Assembly (NCBI GenBank): GCA_963700145.1
Contig: OY969474.1
Span: forward strand, 3,648,001 to 3,712,000
Reading direction: 5' to 3'
Source of the DNA: an uncultured Acidobacteriota bacterium
GTDB lineage: Bacteria; Acidobacteriota; Thermoanaerobaculia; Multivoradales; UBA5704
DNA length: 64,000 nt
Below the pieces are notes generated by a model. The model was not told where the DNA came from and made no database searches. It saw nothing but the letters and a program-made list of their open reading frames with translations. A program made the position numbers and the translations under genes. This document shows, piece after piece, positions 62,588 through 64,000 of the stretch (the stretch's first letter is position 1; every line of letters begins with the position of its first letter).

Positions 62588-64000
62588 ATGCCGTTTAGCG
62601 AGAGAGTCGAGGAGCTGGACCGCGAGATCCGCAGCACGGTCGCGCGCGCCTTCACCGAGCTGCGCGACGAGCTGGCGGAGCGGCTCCGCCGCTCGCACGA
62701 GGACCTGCTGGTCCACCTCGAAGAGCGCGAGCCCACCCTGCCGGACGAGCTGCTCAGCCTCTCCGAGCTGGCGCCGATCGCCGCGCAGGAGGCCGAGACC
62801 GCCCGCCGCGCCGCCTTCGCCGAGCTGCGCGACGGTCTCGCCGCGCTCGATCACGCCCGCTCGCAGGCCGACGTCCTCGCGGCGCTCCTCGAGGCGGCAG
62901 GCCGCTACGCCTCGCGCTCCCTTCTCCTCTTGACCCGCGCCGGCGAGCTGCGCGGCTGGGGCGGCCGCGGCTTCGGCGACGAGGCGGCGGTGCGCGCCCT
63001 CGGCCTGCCGCTGCCCGAAGGCGGCCCCTGGGCCACCCTCGCCGGCGGCGGCGGCACGGTGCCGCTCTCCGCGCCGCAGTGCGCCGAGCTGTGCAGCCGG
63101 CTCGAGAGCGAGCTGCCGCGCGACGGCGTGCTGGTGCCGCTCGTCTTGCGCGACCGCGTCGCGGCGGCCCTCTACGCCGACCGCACCGGCGGCGACGAGC
63201 TGCTGCTCGAGCCGCTGCAGGCGCTGGTCTACGCGGCGGCGCAGGCCATCGAGTCCCTCCCCTTCCGCGAGCGCGGCTCGACGGCGACGCTGCGCCTCGC
63301 CGTGGTCGAGGCGCCGCCCGAGGCCGCGCCGGTCGAGGAAGCGGCGGCGGAGCCCCCGGCCGCGGCCGGCGAGCCCGCGGCCGCGCCGGAAGCGCCGCCG
63401 GCGGTCGAGGGGATGATCGCCGCCGAGGCGGAGCCGGCCGTGCCCGAGACCGCGCCGGAACCGGGCGCGGCAGCGCCCGCCGGCGAGGCGCCCTGGGGCG
63501 AGGAGCGTTGGGAAGACGAGCCGGCCATCGCCTCGACCGAGGCCGCGGTGGTGGCGGCCGAGACCGGCGCCTGGCAGGCCGAGGCGGCGCGCGAGACCCC
63601 CGAGGCGGCCGCCGAGACGGCGCCCTGGGCGGTCGTGCCGCCGCCCAGCGCCGCCGCGGAGGCGGCCCCGGTCTGGGGGGAGTCGCTCGAGGAGGACGAG
63701 ACGGCCGGCATGACGCCGTCGCTCGACGACACGGCCGCCATCTCCGGCTCCCCGCTCGAGGACACTGAGGCCGGCTCCTGGCGGCTGGAGGACGAGAGGC
63801 TGGCCGCGGTCGCCGAGCCCCCGGCACCGGAGCCGGCGCCCGAACCGCCCGAGACGACCGTCGAGAGCTGGCGCTCGGCCCCCACCGCCGGCTGGCAGCT
63901 CCCGCGCTACCGGGAGCCGGCTGCCGAGCCGCCGGCCGCCGAGCCGGTCGAGCCCGCCGCGACGGCTGCGGAAGCGGCCCCAGAGCCGCTCGGCGCGCAG
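62588..64000 (+). CDS. GAF-like domain protein with long acidic Ala/Glu/Pro-rich region; runs off the window
   Basis: Translated by hand: MPFSERVEELDREIR..SQADVLAALLEAA..GWGGRGF..LVPLVLRDRVAAALYAD; open to 64000. Confidence 0.75.
   Translation, partial: MPFSERVEELDREIRSTVARAFTELRDELAERLRRSHEDLLVHLEEREPTLPDELLSLSELAPIAAQEAETARRAAFAELRDGLAALDHARSQADVLAALLEAAGRYASRSLLLLTRAGELRGWGGRGFGDEAAVRALGLPLPEGGPWATLAGGGGTVPLSAPQCAELCSRLESELPRDGVLVPLVLRDRVAAALYADRTGGDELLLEPLQALVYAAAQAIESLPFRERGSTATLRLAVVEAPPEAAPVEEAAAEPPAAAGEPAAAPEAPPAVEGMIAAEAEPAVPETAPEPGAAAPAGEAPWGEERWEDEPAIASTEAAVVAAETGAWQAEAARETPEAAAETAPWAVVPPPSAAAEAAPVWGESLEEDETAGMTPSLDDTAAISGSPLEDTEAGSWRLEDERLAAVAEPPAPEPAPEPPETTVESWRSAPTAGWQLPRYREPAAEPPAAEPVEPAATAAEAAPEPLGAQ

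Overview
High-GC bacterial chromosomal window; gene content and style suggest Acidobacteriota (inference). Core genes include the rpsU-mutS2-dnaG-rpoD cluster with tRNA-Asn, plus pckA, thiI, a RecQ-like helicase, a cold-shock protein, amrS, a tricorn protease, an ABC-2 exporter, tandem PAS-GGDEF-EAL genes and two VPS10/BNR propeller proteins. The strongest candidate for an undescribed system is a lower-GC accessory block at about 9.7-22.0 kb, between two PIN toxin-antitoxin loci. It encodes a lipoprotein TPR-CHAT protease with an unknown downstream partner, a divergent ECF sigma/anti-sigma pair, and a translationally coupled operon of exported proteins (caspase, vWA, caspase, small beta-rich protein). 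Two intergenic arrays built on a strict 21-bp lattice (8.6-9.0 kb and 61.4-61.6 kb) share box geometry and are unexplained. Other oddities: a CDS whose only possible start codons lie inside tRNA-Asn, two frameshifted genes, a 28-bp perfect inverted-repeat element, REP-like palindromes, and a pentapeptide-repeat/sugar-binding fusion. All family calls come from reading motifs by eye; no searches were run.
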